Source of the DNA: an uncultured Gemmatimonadaceae bacterium
GTDB lineage: Bacteria > Gemmatimonadota > Gemmatimonadetes > Gemmatimonadales > Gemmatimonadaceae
Assembly: GCA_963829055.1 (NCBI GenBank)
Contig: CAWHHI010000012.1
Span: 504,696-568,695, forward strand
DNA: 64,000 nucleotides
Reading direction: 5' to 3'
The notes beneath the pieces are model-generated. The model saw only the letters and a program-made list of their open reading frames with translations. It was not told where the DNA came from and ran no database searches. Below, piece after piece: positions 19,611 through 29,157 of this stretch; position 1 is the stretch's first letter; each line of letters starts with the position of its first letter. A program made the position numbers and the translations under genes.

Positions 19611-20792
19611 TCACACGATCATCATGTCGCGTTGGTACTCGACCGGCGTGACGACCAACTCACCGTCGCCGACGTACGCGTTGACCTCGGAGCGGATCCC
19701 GATCTCGCCCGGAATGTAGACGCCAGGCTCGATCGAGAACGCGACGCCCGGCACGAGCAACCGCTCCTCCCGCGTCTCGAGATTGTCGAGGTGCGGCCCC
19801 GACCCATGCAGGTCGCGCGAGTCGATCGAGTGCCCCGTGCAATGCACGAAGCGATCGCCAAAGCCCGCGGTCTTGATGACGTTCCGCGCCGCATCGTCTG
19901 CTTCACCGCCGCGTATCGTCGCGCGACCATTCACGCGCTCACGAAGCAGCGCGATCGCCGCGTCGCGTGCATCGCGCACCGCGGTCCACACCTGCACGGC
20001 GCGCGGTGACGGCTCGCCGATCGACGCCATCCACGTCTGATCCGCCCAGATGCCTCCCGGCTCGTGCGCGAACAGATCCACGAGCAGCAGATCGCCGACG
20101 CCGATGTTGACCGGCTTGGTCGCGCTCGGCGAGTAGTGCGGATTCGCCGCGTTAGGCCCGATGGCGACGATCGGCGGGTGATCCGTCTCGAGCCCCGCCT
20201 TCGTGAACTCGGATACGATGTGCTGCTGTAGCGAGTACTCGGTCATCGGACGGCCCGCGCGCGCTTCGGCGCCCGCGTGGCGCATCGCCTGCCGCGCGAT
20301 CTCGGCGACGCGCTCGGCGGTACGCCGATGCACCACGAGCTCGTCCGCCGTCCACGTCGCGTAGAACGTCGTCACCAGCTCGGCTGACGTCACGACGGTG
20401 GCTCCGGTGGCTCGCACCATCTCGAGCACGCCCGCGGGCACGCGATCGAGATACGGCACCGCGTCGCCCGGCGAGTACTCCATCGCGACGCGCTTGCCGC
20501 CCACGAGTGCCGCGAGTTGCTCCTCGAGCGACCGCCACGAGCTGTAGACCTTCTTGTTCCAGGCCGACGGCCAATGCTCCCACGGCCCCTGCTCTATCGC
20601 ATGCGTGATCGCCGTCGGAACGCCGGTCGCGGGAATGAGCGCGAAGATGCGGCGCGTCATGAGCCCACCGGTGAGACCGAGCATTGCCGGCGCGACGGGA
20701 TTCAGCCCGTGAAAGTCGTAGATCAGCCAGCCGTCGAGACCAGCGTCGGCCAGGGCGCGTTGAACGCGCGGAAGCATGCGATCGTCGAGCAT
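19611..20792 (-). CDS. M24-family Xaa-Pro aminopeptidase
   Basis: NAANPHY, LLVD, ADQT, H.TGH, FSIEPGVY, IRSE metal-binding motifs. Confidence 0.9.
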   Translation of the reverse strand: MLDDRMLPRVQRALADAGLDGWLIYDFHGLNPVAPAMLGLTGGLMTRRIFALIPATGVPTAITHAIEQGPWEHWPSAWNKKVYSSWRSLEEQLAALVGGKRVAMEYSPGDAVPYLDRVPAGVLEMVRATGATVVTSAELVTTFYATWTADELVVHRRTAERVAEIARQAMRHAGAEARAGRPMTEYSLQQHIVSEFTKAGLETDHPPIVAIGPNAANPHYSPSATKPVNIGVGDLLLVDLFAHEPGGIWADQTWMASIGEPSPRAVQVWTAVRDARDAAIALLRERVNGRATIRGGEADDAARNVIKTAGFGDRFVHCTGHSIDSRDLHGSGPHLDNLETREERLLVPGVAFSIEPGVYIPGEIGIRSEVNAYVGDGELVVTPVEYQRDMMIV

Positions 20793-20802
20793 TCGGAGGG
20801 GA

Positions 20803-21423
20803 TCAGGAGAGCGGGCGCCACTCGGCGCGCCAACTACAGGAACCTTCACCGCGCGCGATGCAGCGGACGTGTTCGACGGCGCCACCGCCGTTGATGAGCA
20901 ATCGCAGCAGCTCCGCGAGTCCCGCCTCGTAATACGCGCACCCGATGGACTTGGGCGCCGAATCGATCGTGACGGATGCCGGAACGTCGAGTACGACCGA
21001 CGAGCCGACGCGCGAGACGCTGCCGTTGAAATAGCGAGTGACGATACGGCTCGCGTGGCGCAGCGCTATGGGCCGTGCGATGAACGACGGCAGCGTGAGT
21101 ATGATGCGCCGAGTCATTGGCGAGATGCTCTGATACGCCTCGTTCGCGAGGTAGCGACCGGCTGCACGAAAGACCGCCTCAGCGTCGGGACGACGCCCGA
21201 TCAGACGAGCCAACGCCACTGCTTCGTCGCGAACGGTCCGCTGACTACGTTTCACCGCGTCGGAATAACGGCGGATCTGCGCGTAGACGGTGTCGCTCAA
21301 TCCGAGCCGCTTGTTGCGCAACTCGGCGACGAGTTCAGTGTCGGGGTCGTCGTCAGGCGTGTCGACGTTGCGGACGGCTTCCAGAAAACTGAGCGGGAGA
21401 AGCGAGTCGACCGTCGGTGACAT
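20803..21423 (-). CDS. Hypothetical protein with C-terminal V4R-like motif
   Basis: GCAYYEAGL...VEHVRCIARGEGSCSW. Confidence 0.65.
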   Translation of the reverse strand: MSPTVDSLLPLSFLEAVRNVDTPDDDPDTELVAELRNKRLGLSDTVYAQIRRYSDAVKRSQRTVRDEAVALARLIGRRPDAEAVFRAAGRYLANEAYQSISPMTRRIILTLPSFIARPIALRHASRIVTRYFNGSVSRVGSSVVLDVPASVTIDSAPKSIGCAYYEAGLAELLRLLINGGGAVEHVRCIARGEGSCSWRAEWRPLS

Positions 21424-21514
21424 GGATCACTAGAAACGTGGAAGCGAAAGTAACGGCGCGCAGAACGGCGTTCAAGCGGCTTGCGCCGGGCGCGATTCGC
21501 ACAGGGCCCAACGA

Positions 21515-22300
21515 ATGATGACCCGCGCGCTCGCTGGATTCATCCTGGCGAGCGCAATCGCCCTTGGCGGACATCGTGCCCGATCGCTCTCGATGGGCGG
21601 CGCGATCACTGCGGTCGCCGTCGGGACGGCGGCGGCCATCGCTGGCTGGACTTGGGCGGCGGTTCTCATCGTCTTCTTCGTCACGTCGAGCGCCCTCTCC
21701 CGATTCCGCCGAGCTGCGCGCGAGGCGCGCATAGCGGGAATCGTCGAAAAGGGTGACGAGCGGGACACCTGGCAGGTGCTCGCGAACGGAGGCGTGTTCG
21801 CCGTCGCTGCGCTATTCGCGGCAAGCGGGCGCGCACCCGGGTGGGACTGGGCCGTGGTGGCGTTCGGCGCGCTGGCCGCCGCGACGTCTGATACGTGGGC
21901 AACAGAGATCGGCACGCTAGCCGCCCGTCCTCCCCGGTCGATAGTTTCCCTGAAGGTGCTACCGCCGGGAACGTCGGGTGGGATCACCTTTCCCGGGCTC
22001 GCGGCTTCGGTTGTCGGCGCGGGGTTCATTGCACTCGTGAGCTCTTCGCTCGGAGCTATTGGCAATCCAGCGGCTATCGTGGCCGGCGGTGTCGCCGGGT
22101 CGCTCGCCGATTCGATCGTAGGGGCCACGGTGCAGGAGCGACGGTGGTGCGACCGTTGCTCCCAGTCCACCGAACGGCGCGTTCACAGCTGCGGGGAGCA
22201 AACCCGCATCGTCGGTGGAGTGCCGGGAGCTCGGAACGACTTCGTGAACGTGGTATGTACGATGGTGGGCGGGATCGTTGCCGTGCTCGTCGCGCGATAG
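21515..22300 (+). CDS. DUF92/TMEM19-family membrane protein
   Basis: RDTWQVLANGG; DTWATEIG; GTSGGIT; DSIVGATVQ; NDFVN. Confidence 0.9.
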   Translation: MMTRALAGFILASAIALGGHRARSLSMGGAITAVAVGTAAAIAGWTWAAVLIVFFVTSSALSRFRRAAREARIAGIVEKGDERDTWQVLANGGVFAVAALFAASGRAPGWDWAVVAFGALAAATSDTWATEIGTLAARPPRSIVSLKVLPPGTSGGITFPGLAASVVGAGFIALVSSSLGAIGNPAAIVAGGVAGSLADSIVGATVQERRWCDRCSQSTERRVHSCGEQTRIVGGVPGARNDFVNVVCTMVGGIVAVLVAR

Positions 22301-22327
22301 GGCGACAGCCGCGCGGGAGGTGGTCGG

Positions 22328-22753
22328 GTGATGCGTCGGTGCTGGACCGTTGTCGTGCTGGTAGCGCTTGCCGCTTGCGATAGCGGGCGATTGGGCGCGC
22401 CGCTCGGGACCATGGGCGGCACCGCGGGCACGGGCGGGACTTCGATTGCGGCCGGCCTCGTAGGCACCTGGCGACGCATTCTCTACTTCCTCGCCGAGGA
22501 CGGCTCCGCGAGCTCGAGCGAGACCACGTGGCGCTTCAACGCGAACGGCACCGCCAGCCGGCTCTCGGTCACTCGCAACTACACCGCCGGCCTCGCGGAC
22601 GCGCAGACCGTCGACGCGCGATGGGAAGCGCTCACACAGTCGATTCGCATCACCTACCTCCCGCCGAGCTCGGGAACCTTCGAGTTCTCCTATCGCATCA
22701 ACCAGGACACGCTGTACTTGGCCTCCCAAGGGTACGTGCGGGTCGCGCCGTGA
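22328..22753 (+). CDS. Hypothetical lipoprotein
   Basis: Lipobox LAAC; LVGTW beta-rich domain. Confidence 0.7.
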   Translation: MMRRCWTVVVLVALAACDSGRLGAPLGTMGGTAGTGGTSIAAGLVGTWRRILYFLAEDGSASSSETTWRFNANGTASRLSVTRNYTAGLADAQTVDARWEALTQSIRITYLPPSSGTFEFSYRINQDTLYLASQGYVRVAP

Positions 22754-24048
22754 GCCCCGTGAGTGCAGTGCGTAGTCGCCGCGCGCAGGTCGTGATCGTC
22801 GGCGGGGGGCCGGCCGGCGCCGCCAGCGCGTATTTTCTGGCGCGCGCCGGCGTCGACGTGATGATCCTGGATCGCGCGCGGTTTCCGCGCGATAAGCCGT
22901 GCTCGGAGTACATGAGCCCGCAGGCATCGCGCATCCTCAACGACATGGGGCTGCTCTCGCGCGTCGAGAGCGCGGGGGCCGCGCATCTCGCGGGCATGCG
23001 TGTTCGCGCTCCCGACGGCACGACCTTCCACGGTCGCTTCGCCGACGTCGACGGCTATCGCGGCTTTCGCGATCGCGGGCTCGCGCTTCGTCGCACGGTT
23101 CTCGACACCCTTCTCCTCGCACGCGCGCGCGAGGCAGGCGCGCACGTCGTCGAGGGGGCGCGCGTCACTTCCCTCGCGCGCGACCAGAGCGGTCGCGTCA
23201 TCGGCGTTGACGTCGTGGACCGCGGTGACTCGCAATCCACCGTGCTGGCCGCGATCGTCATCGGCGCCGACGGACTCCGCTCGATCGTGAGTCGCCGGCT
23301 CGGGCTCGCTGCGACGCGACGCGCGCAGCGCCGCCTCGCGCTCGTCACACACTTCGTAGGCGTCGACGGCATCGGCGATAGCGGTGAGATGCACGTCGAG
23401 CATGATGGCTACGTCGGGTTGGCTGACGTGGGAGGCGGCGTATCGAACGTTGCCGTCGTTGTCCCGACGTCGCGCGCGCGCCGTGCCGCTGGCGACCCGG
23501 CCTCGTTCATGGACGACTGGATCCGCCGCCGACCGCACATCGCGCCGCGCTTCGCCAGAGCCATGCGTGTCTCGCCCGTGCTCGCGACGGGACCGTTCGC
23601 GTCCGCATCCCGGCGCGCGTGGGCACCGGGCGCGGCACTCGTCGGCGACGCGGCCGATTTCTTCGATCCGTTTACCGGCGAAGGGATCTACGCCGCGCTC
23701 CGAGGCGCCGAGCTCCTCGCGCCGCACGTCGCGCGTGCGCTCTCGGCGACGTCCGCCATCGACGCCGACGCGGCTCTCAAAGCGTACGATCGCGAGCGTG
23801 TTCACGAGTTCAGCGGGAAGTGGGCGGTGGAGCGCCTCATCGGCGCCGCGGTTAGCTTCCCTCCCCTCATGAACATCGCCGCCCACTCTCTCGCGCTACG
23901 CCCGGCCATGGCCCACACGATGGTCGGCGTCACCGGAGACTTCGTTCCGGCGCGCGAAGTGCTTCGCCCCGGATATCTGTTGCGGCTGGTCGCGCCGTGG
24001 CTCCTGCGCGCGACCACCGCCACGCCAGCTCTCACCAACACCGATTAG
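22750..24048 (+). CDS. FAD-dependent oxidoreductase (geranylgeranyl reductase/monooxygenase family)
   Basis: VIVGGGPAG; FPRDKPCSE; IGADG; LVGDAADFFDPFTGEGI. Confidence 0.9.
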   Translation: MSPVSAVRSRRAQVVIVGGGPAGAASAYFLARAGVDVMILDRARFPRDKPCSEYMSPQASRILNDMGLLSRVESAGAAHLAGMRVRAPDGTTFHGRFADVDGYRGFRDRGLALRRTVLDTLLLARAREAGAHVVEGARVTSLARDQSGRVIGVDVVDRGDSQSTVLAAIVIGADGLRSIVSRRLGLAATRRAQRRLALVTHFVGVDGIGDSGEMHVEHDGYVGLADVGGGVSNVAVVVPTSRARRAAGDPASFMDDWIRRRPHIAPRFARAMRVSPVLATGPFASASRRAWAPGAALVGDAADFFDPFTGEGIYAALRGAELLAPHVARALSATSAIDADAALKAYDRERVHEFSGKWAVERLIGAAVSFPPLMNIAAHSLALRPAMAHTMVGVTGDFVPAREVLRPGYLLRLVAPWLLRATTATPALTNTD

Positions 24049-24050
24049 TC

Positions 24051-24530
24051 GTGGCGATCGATCCTGACACATTCCGCAGCGTGCTCGGTCGGTTCGCGTC
24101 AGGCATCACCGTCGTCACCACGCGAGATGGCGAAGGCGGACACTGCGGCATGACCGTCAGTGCGTTCTGCTCGGTGAGCCTCGCTCCGCCGCTCGTCCTC
24201 GTCTGCATCGACCTCGCGGCGTCCATGCATAACGCGATACTCGGCGCGTCGCATTTCGCCGTGAACATTCTGTCGGCCGAGCAGGAAGCGATCTCGCGCC
24301 GCTTCTCGAGGCTCGACGAGCACCACCGCTTCGACGGTCTGGGATACGCGCCGGGCGTATCGGGAGCGGCGTTGCTCGACGACGCGCTCGCGCATATCGA
24401 GTGTCGGCGCGTCGCGCAGCATCGCGCTGGCGATCACACCATCGTCATCGGCGAAGTGGAGGCGGCGACCGCTCACGCCGAGCAGCCCCTCCTGTACTAT
24501 CGCGGCGGCTACGCTCAGATCGATCGCTGA
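24051..24530 (+). CDS. Flavin reductase-like protein
   Basis: FRSVLGRFASGITVVT; SVSLAPPLVL; GDHTIVIGEV; PLLYYRGGY. Confidence 0.92.
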   Translation: MAIDPDTFRSVLGRFASGITVVTTRDGEGGHCGMTVSAFCSVSLAPPLVLVCIDLAASMHNAILGASHFAVNILSAEQEAISRRFSRLDEHHRFDGLGYAPGVSGAALLDDALAHIECRRVAQHRAGDHTIVIGEVEAATAHAEQPLLYYRGGYAQIDR

Positions 24531-24536
24531 ACCAGC

Positions 24537-25247
24537 GTGACCACACTCATCACGCCGCCGCGCCGGCGCAGCTTCGAGTACCTCGACGCACCGAACGTCG
24601 ATCCCAAGCTCGTTCGCCGATCGCTGGCGGACGTCGCGCTCGCGAATGCGCTGTTCGGCGGCACGCGCGCCGTGCTCCTCGAAATCGAAGACCTGCTGCC
24701 CGAATTGAACGGCAGTGCGACGCTGCTCGACGTCGGCAGTGGCGTCGGCGACATCGCGGCTCGCGCCCGCGCGCTCGCGCGTACTCGTGACATCGACCTC
24801 TCGCTCATCACGATCGACATGGCGGAGACGCTCGCCCTCGCCAGTCGCGCGCGCGCCGGCAACGCGGTGCGCGGAGACGCGACCGCGCTTCCGTTCGCCG
24901 ACAAGTCCGTGGACATCGTGATGTGCTCGCAGACGCTGCATCACTTCGACGATGCGAGCGCAGCGAGCGTCCTCCGGGAGCTCGACCGCGTTGCGCGCGT
25001 GCGTGTCATCATCGCCGACCTGCGGCGAAGCTGGCTCGCTGCGGCAGGACTCTGGCTCGCGTCCTTCCCGCTCGGCTTTCATCCCGTGAGCCGGCATGAC
25101 GGCATCGTCTCCATCATGCGCGGCTACACGAACGATGAGCTGCGCCGCCTCGTGACGTCGTCCATCGGACGAACGCCGGTCGTTAGGCGCCGCATCGGCT
25201 GGCGCGTGACGGCGACGTGGCGGCCCGGAACGGCCGTCGCAACGTGA
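24537..25247 (+). CDS. SAM-dependent methyltransferase
   Basis: LLDVGSGVGD; SQTLHHF; DLRRS; HDGIVSIMRGY. Confidence 0.88.
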   Translation: MTTLITPPRRRSFEYLDAPNVDPKLVRRSLADVALANALFGGTRAVLLEIEDLLPELNGSATLLDVGSGVGDIAARARALARTRDIDLSLITIDMAETLALASRARAGNAVRGDATALPFADKSVDIVMCSQTLHHFDDASAASVLRELDRVARVRVIIADLRRSWLAAAGLWLASFPLGFHPVSRHDGIVSIMRGYTNDELRRLVTSSIGRTPVVRRRIGWRVTATWRPGTAVAT

Positions 25248-25258
25248 GTCGGCCATCG

Positions 25259-25789
25259 ATGCGGCCACCCTACCAGCTCGGCCCCATGCCGACCGGCCGC
25301 CGAATGGAAACAATCGACCGGCAGCTCGTACGGGCCGATGTGCGCGCGATGTTCGACGTCGCCCGGCGGGTCGAGGAATGGCCGGCGCACCTGTCGCACT
25401 ACCGGTACGTGCGCGTCCGCGAAGCGGCGACCGACGGTGGCGGACTCGTCGAGATGTCGGCCGACCGGCCCTTCGGGCCGCTCGCCTGGCCCACGTGGTG
25501 GTTGTCGGAGATGGAAGTCGATCACGCCACGCCGGCGATCCGATTCCGCCATATCGAGGGTATTACCAGTGGCATGGAAGTCGAATGGAGCTTCACGCCG
25601 GCGGACGGCGGGACGCTCGTTCGCATCTTGCACGTGTGGGATGGGCCGGCCTGGCCACTGATCGGGAATTTTTCAGCCACGACAGTGATCGGGCCTGTAT
25701 TCATTCACGGAATCGCGTCGCGCACGCTCGCCGGCCTGGCTCGCGTTGCGGAGCGTCAGGGTAGTCCCACTCGTCCCCCTCGACGCTGA
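25259..25789 (+). CDS. SRPBCC/polyketide cyclase-family protein
   Basis: VEEWPAHLSHY; WWLSEM; IRFRHIEGITSGMEVEWSF. Confidence 0.8.
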   Translation: MRPPYQLGPMPTGRRMETIDRQLVRADVRAMFDVARRVEEWPAHLSHYRYVRVREAATDGGGLVEMSADRPFGPLAWPTWWLSEMEVDHATPAIRFRHIEGITSGMEVEWSFTPADGGTLVRILHVWDGPAWPLIGNFSATTVIGPVFIHGIASRTLAGLARVAERQGSPTRPPRR

Positions 25790-25816
25790 ACGCCCACTGT
25801 TCGGTCTCTCTCAGCT

Positions 25817-27058
25817 ATGCGTCGTCGTCGAGTCGTCGTCACGGGAATAGGCGCCATCACCCCAATCGGCATCACCGCTCCGACCATGTGGGACGGCGTG
25901 CGCGCCGAGCGCTCGGCGGTGCGATCTCTGACCCGCTTCGATCCGTCGATCTTTCGAAGCCACAACGCCGCCGAAGTCGATGACTTCGTCGCGACGGACC
26001 ATCTGGAAGCGAAGCGCGCCAAGCGCCTCGATCGGTTCGGGCAGTTCTCGGTCGTCGCCGCGCGGCAGGCGCTGGAGGACGCGCACCTGGATCTGGCCGT
26101 CGAAGATCGCGATCGCATCGGCTCGATGATGGGCACGGCGCTCGGTGGCGTGGGCTACGCGGAGGAACAGCTCGCGCTCTTTCTCACGCAGGGACTTCGC
26201 GGCGTAGAGCCGAATCTCGCGCTCACCGTGTTCGGCGGCGCTTCGAGCTGCAACATCGCGATCGAGTTCGGCGTTCGTGGTCCCAACTCGACGAACGCGA
26301 TGAGCTGCGCGTCAGGCACCATCGCGATCGGCGAAGGGTTTCGTCAGATCCGCGATGGCTATGCAGACGTGATGATCAGCGGCGGCGCCGAAGCACCGCT
26401 CGCGCCGCTGTGTTTCGGCGCGTTCGCGCTCATCAGAGCAATGTCGACGCGCAACGATGATCCGACGTCCGCGTCGCGGCCGTTCGACCGCGATCGCGAT
26501 GGGTTCGTGATGGGCGAAGGGTCAGCCGTGTTGATCCTCGAGGAGCGGACGCGCGCGATCGCGCGCGGCGCACCGATCTACGCCGAGATACTCGGCTATG
26601 GCACCACGAACGACGCGCATCACATGACGGCCCCGCTCCCCGACGGGTCGCAGGCGGCTCGCTCCATCTCGCTCGCGCTCACCGACGCCGACATTGCGCC
26701 CACTGACGTTGCCTACGTGAACGCGCACGGCAGCTCGACACCGCTCAACGACGCGACCGAAACCCTCGCCATCAAGCGTGTGTTCGGCGAGCACGCGTAT
26801 CGGATGCCAGTGAGCAGCACGAAGGGCTACTACGGCCACGCGCTCGGCGCGTCGGGCGCGATCGAGGCCGCGATCTGCTCGCTCGCCCTGCGCAACCGCT
26901 GGATCCCGCCCACCGTGAATCTCCAGACGCCGGACGCCGCGTGTGATCTCGACTACGTGCCGGCTACGGGTCGTGCCGCCGACCTGGACGTCATTTTGAG
27001 CAACTCGTTCGGCTTCGGCGGGATCAACGCCGCACTCGTGATGCGCAGCGACAACTAG
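25817..27058 (+). CDS. Beta-ketoacyl synthase (FabF/KS-alpha-like)
   Basis: RRVVVTGIG; SCASG (Cys); HGSST and GHALGA (His-His); SNSFGFGG. Confidence 0.9.
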   Translation: MRRRRVVVTGIGAITPIGITAPTMWDGVRAERSAVRSLTRFDPSIFRSHNAAEVDDFVATDHLEAKRAKRLDRFGQFSVVAARQALEDAHLDLAVEDRDRIGSMMGTALGGVGYAEEQLALFLTQGLRGVEPNLALTVFGGASSCNIAIEFGVRGPNSTNAMSCASGTIAIGEGFRQIRDGYADVMISGGAEAPLAPLCFGAFALIRAMSTRNDDPTSASRPFDRDRDGFVMGEGSAVLILEERTRAIARGAPIYAEILGYGTTNDAHHMTAPLPDGSQAARSISLALTDADIAPTDVAYVNAHGSSTPLNDATETLAIKRVFGEHAYRMPVSSTKGYYGHALGASGAIEAAICSLALRNRWIPPTVNLQTPDAACDLDYVPATGRAADLDVILSNSFGFGGINAALVMRSDN

Positions 27059-27133
27059 CGCGCTGGAGGGGTGGCGGCGGCCGAGCGGAATACCTAGCTT
27101 CGCCGCGCCAACCAACCGTCCTGGAGCCGTGTC

Positions 27134-27893
27134 ATGAGAGATGCCATTCGGCATTTCACCGCCGAGTTCATCGGGATCTTCGCACTGGTGTTCGTCGGGA
27201 GCGGCGCCATCGATGATGGCGCGCCATACGAACTCCGCGACGCCGCTGATTCTGGCGGCCACCGCGCATGGATTGATTCTGGCCGTGATGGTGACGGCGA
27301 CGATGCGGATCTCCGGCCACCTCAACCCGGCCGTCACGATCGGTTTTCTCGTCACTCGCCGCATCGAGCCCATGATGGCGGCGATCTACATCTGTGCCCA
27401 GGTGCTCGGTGCCATCGCCGCCGCGTACGCACTGAAAGCGACCGTTCCCGCCGAGTTGTTCGCGGCGGCGCGCGGCGGCGGCCAATCGATCTCGCTCGAT
27501 GTCACCGCCGCTCAGGGATTTTTCCTCGAGCTCATCGCGACGTTCTTCCTCACGTTCGTCGTCTTCGGCACGGCGGTCGACCCGAGCGCGCCGAAAGTCG
27601 GTGGCTTCGCGATCGGCCTGACGGTGGCGGCCGACATTCTCGCCATCGGGCCGCTCACCGGCGCGTCCATGAATCCTGCCCGCTCGTTAGGACCGGCGGT
27701 TGCCACCGGCGTGTTCGAGGGACAGGTCGTGTACTGGACTGGCCCGTTCGTCGGCGCGATGCTCGCCGCAGCGATCTACGACGCGCTCTTCCTGCGGCGC
27801 TCGCCCGAGCTGCCGTTGCATGGTGCCGTGCGCCCCGAGGAACCGATAACGGCAACACCGCTGCCGCCGCCGAAGGGACGCAGAAAACATTGA
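27134..27893 (+). CDS. MIP-family aquaporin (frameshift near 27210)
   Basis: AEFIGIFALVFVG, then GHLNPAVT and SMNPARSLGP in another frame. Confidence 0.9.
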
Positions 27894-27927
27894 GCATCGG
27901 ACGCACAGCGTCCAATGCTCGCCGTGT

Positions 27928-28470
27928 CTACGGACCGACGCGCAGGTACTCGGCGGCGTAGCGCTCCATCAATGTCGAGATGACGCGCATGGCAGAATCG
28001 CTCTTCTCCCAGCCCGCGATCTCCATGCGCTTTCCTTCCAGATCCTTGTAGATCAGGAAGAAGTGCTCGACCTCCTTGAGGTAATGCGAGGGGAGGTCTG
28101 CGATGTCGAAGTACTCGTTATGCTGCGGGTCGTGGCTCGGCACGGCGAGGATCTTGTCGTCCGGCTCTCCGCGATCGAGCATCTTCAGCACGCCGATCGG
28201 CCGCACGTCAATCAGACATCCGGGGAACGTCGGCTCACCGATGCGCACGAGGATGTCGAGCGGGTCTCCATCCTCGTGCAGCGTGCGCGGGATGAAGCCG
28301 TAGTCGCCCGGGTAGTGCACGGCCGAGTACAGCACTCGATCGAGCTTGAACATCCCGTGTTCTTTATCGAGCTCGTACTTGTTCCGGCTACCACGCGGAA
28401 TTTCGATCACCGCGGTGACTTCTTCAGGCGGGTGTCGACCCGGTGGAAGGTCGCGCCACGGATGAATCAT
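27928..28470 (-). CDS. ppa: Inorganic pyrophosphatase
   Basis: EIPRGSRNKYE; YPGDYGFIPRT; DGDPLD; DDKI. Confidence 0.95.
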   Translation of the reverse strand: MIHPWRDLPPGRHPPEEVTAVIEIPRGSRNKYELDKEHGMFKLDRVLYSAVHYPGDYGFIPRTLHEDGDPLDILVRIGEPTFPGCLIDVRPIGVLKMLDRGEPDDKILAVPSHDPQHNEYFDIADLPSHYLKEVEHFFLIYKDLEGKRMEIAGWEKSDSAMRVISTLMERYAAEYLRVGP

Positions 28471-28551
28471 GGTCGTCGGTCGGGAGGAGGACGGTAAGGT
28501 CTACTGCGCGGCGATAATTCTACTCGACGCACAACGTCGGCTGCAGCGCAA

Positions 28552-28601
28552 GAATGCGATCGGGCGCGGCGCCAACGTTGGCGCCGCGCCCGATCGCATT
28601 C
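28552..28601. terminator. Perfect 50-bp palindrome, putative terminator hairpin
   Basis: gaatgcgatcgggcgcggcgccaac|gttggcgccgcgcccgatcgcattc. Confidence 0.6.
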
Positions 28602-28655
28602 ATCCAGAGGTTTTCGAGCACCGCGTGATCCGCGGTGAAAAGCAACTACCTCCTG

Positions 28656-28832
28656 CTAGACGGCCACGCCGGACAGCGCGAGCTCGCGCCGGTTCAGCCG
28701 GCGCTCGAGCGCCCGGCGTTCCATAACGTGTGGCTGCGTACGCTCGATCTCTGCCTCGATGGCGGCCAACTCCTCCCGGGAGCCAGCACCGTCAATGCGG
28801 TCCGTCAGTCGGAAATAGATGCTTGCGTCCAT
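28656..28832 (-). CDS. 58-aa helical hypothetical protein (not in ORF track)
   Basis: MDASIYFRLTDRIDGAGSREELAAIEAEIERTQPHVMERRALERRLNRRELALSGVAV; hairpin downstream. Confidence 0.55.
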   Translation of the reverse strand: MDASIYFRLTDRIDGAGSREELAAIEAEIERTQPHVMERRALERRLNRRELALSGVAV

Positions 28833-29004
28833 GGCGTATTTGGGCTGTCGGCGAACGAAGACGTCAGCGGCGATTGCCGCTCGTGCCTACAATCGAGGCA
28901 AAGATCGCGCCCAGTCGGGCCCCCTTCAATTGCCTTTACGGCGTATTCGCGCGGTTCACGTGTGGCGACGCCGCCGCACCCTGCAACACAATCTCAGCAT
29001 AAGA

Positions 29005-29157
29005 TCACCGCGCAACCCCCGAGTGCCCACCATTTTCACGACGACGCTCGCGGTCGCGCGCACGCCGGGTGCGGATCACGAGCGAGACGATGTAGCCGCC
29101 GTAGATGACCGCTGCCGCGATGTACGCGGCGTGGTAGTAGACCGCATTGTCGGGCAT
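29005..29157 (-). CDS. ccmD: CcmD-like heme exporter small subunit (not in ORF track)
   Basis: MPDNAVYYHAAYIAAAVIYGGYIVSLVIRTRRARDRERRR...: one TM plus basic tail; TGATG-coupled to ccmC. Confidence 0.7.
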   Translation of the reverse strand: MPDNAVYYHAAYIAAAVIYGGYIVSLVIRTRRARDRERRRENGGHSGVAR

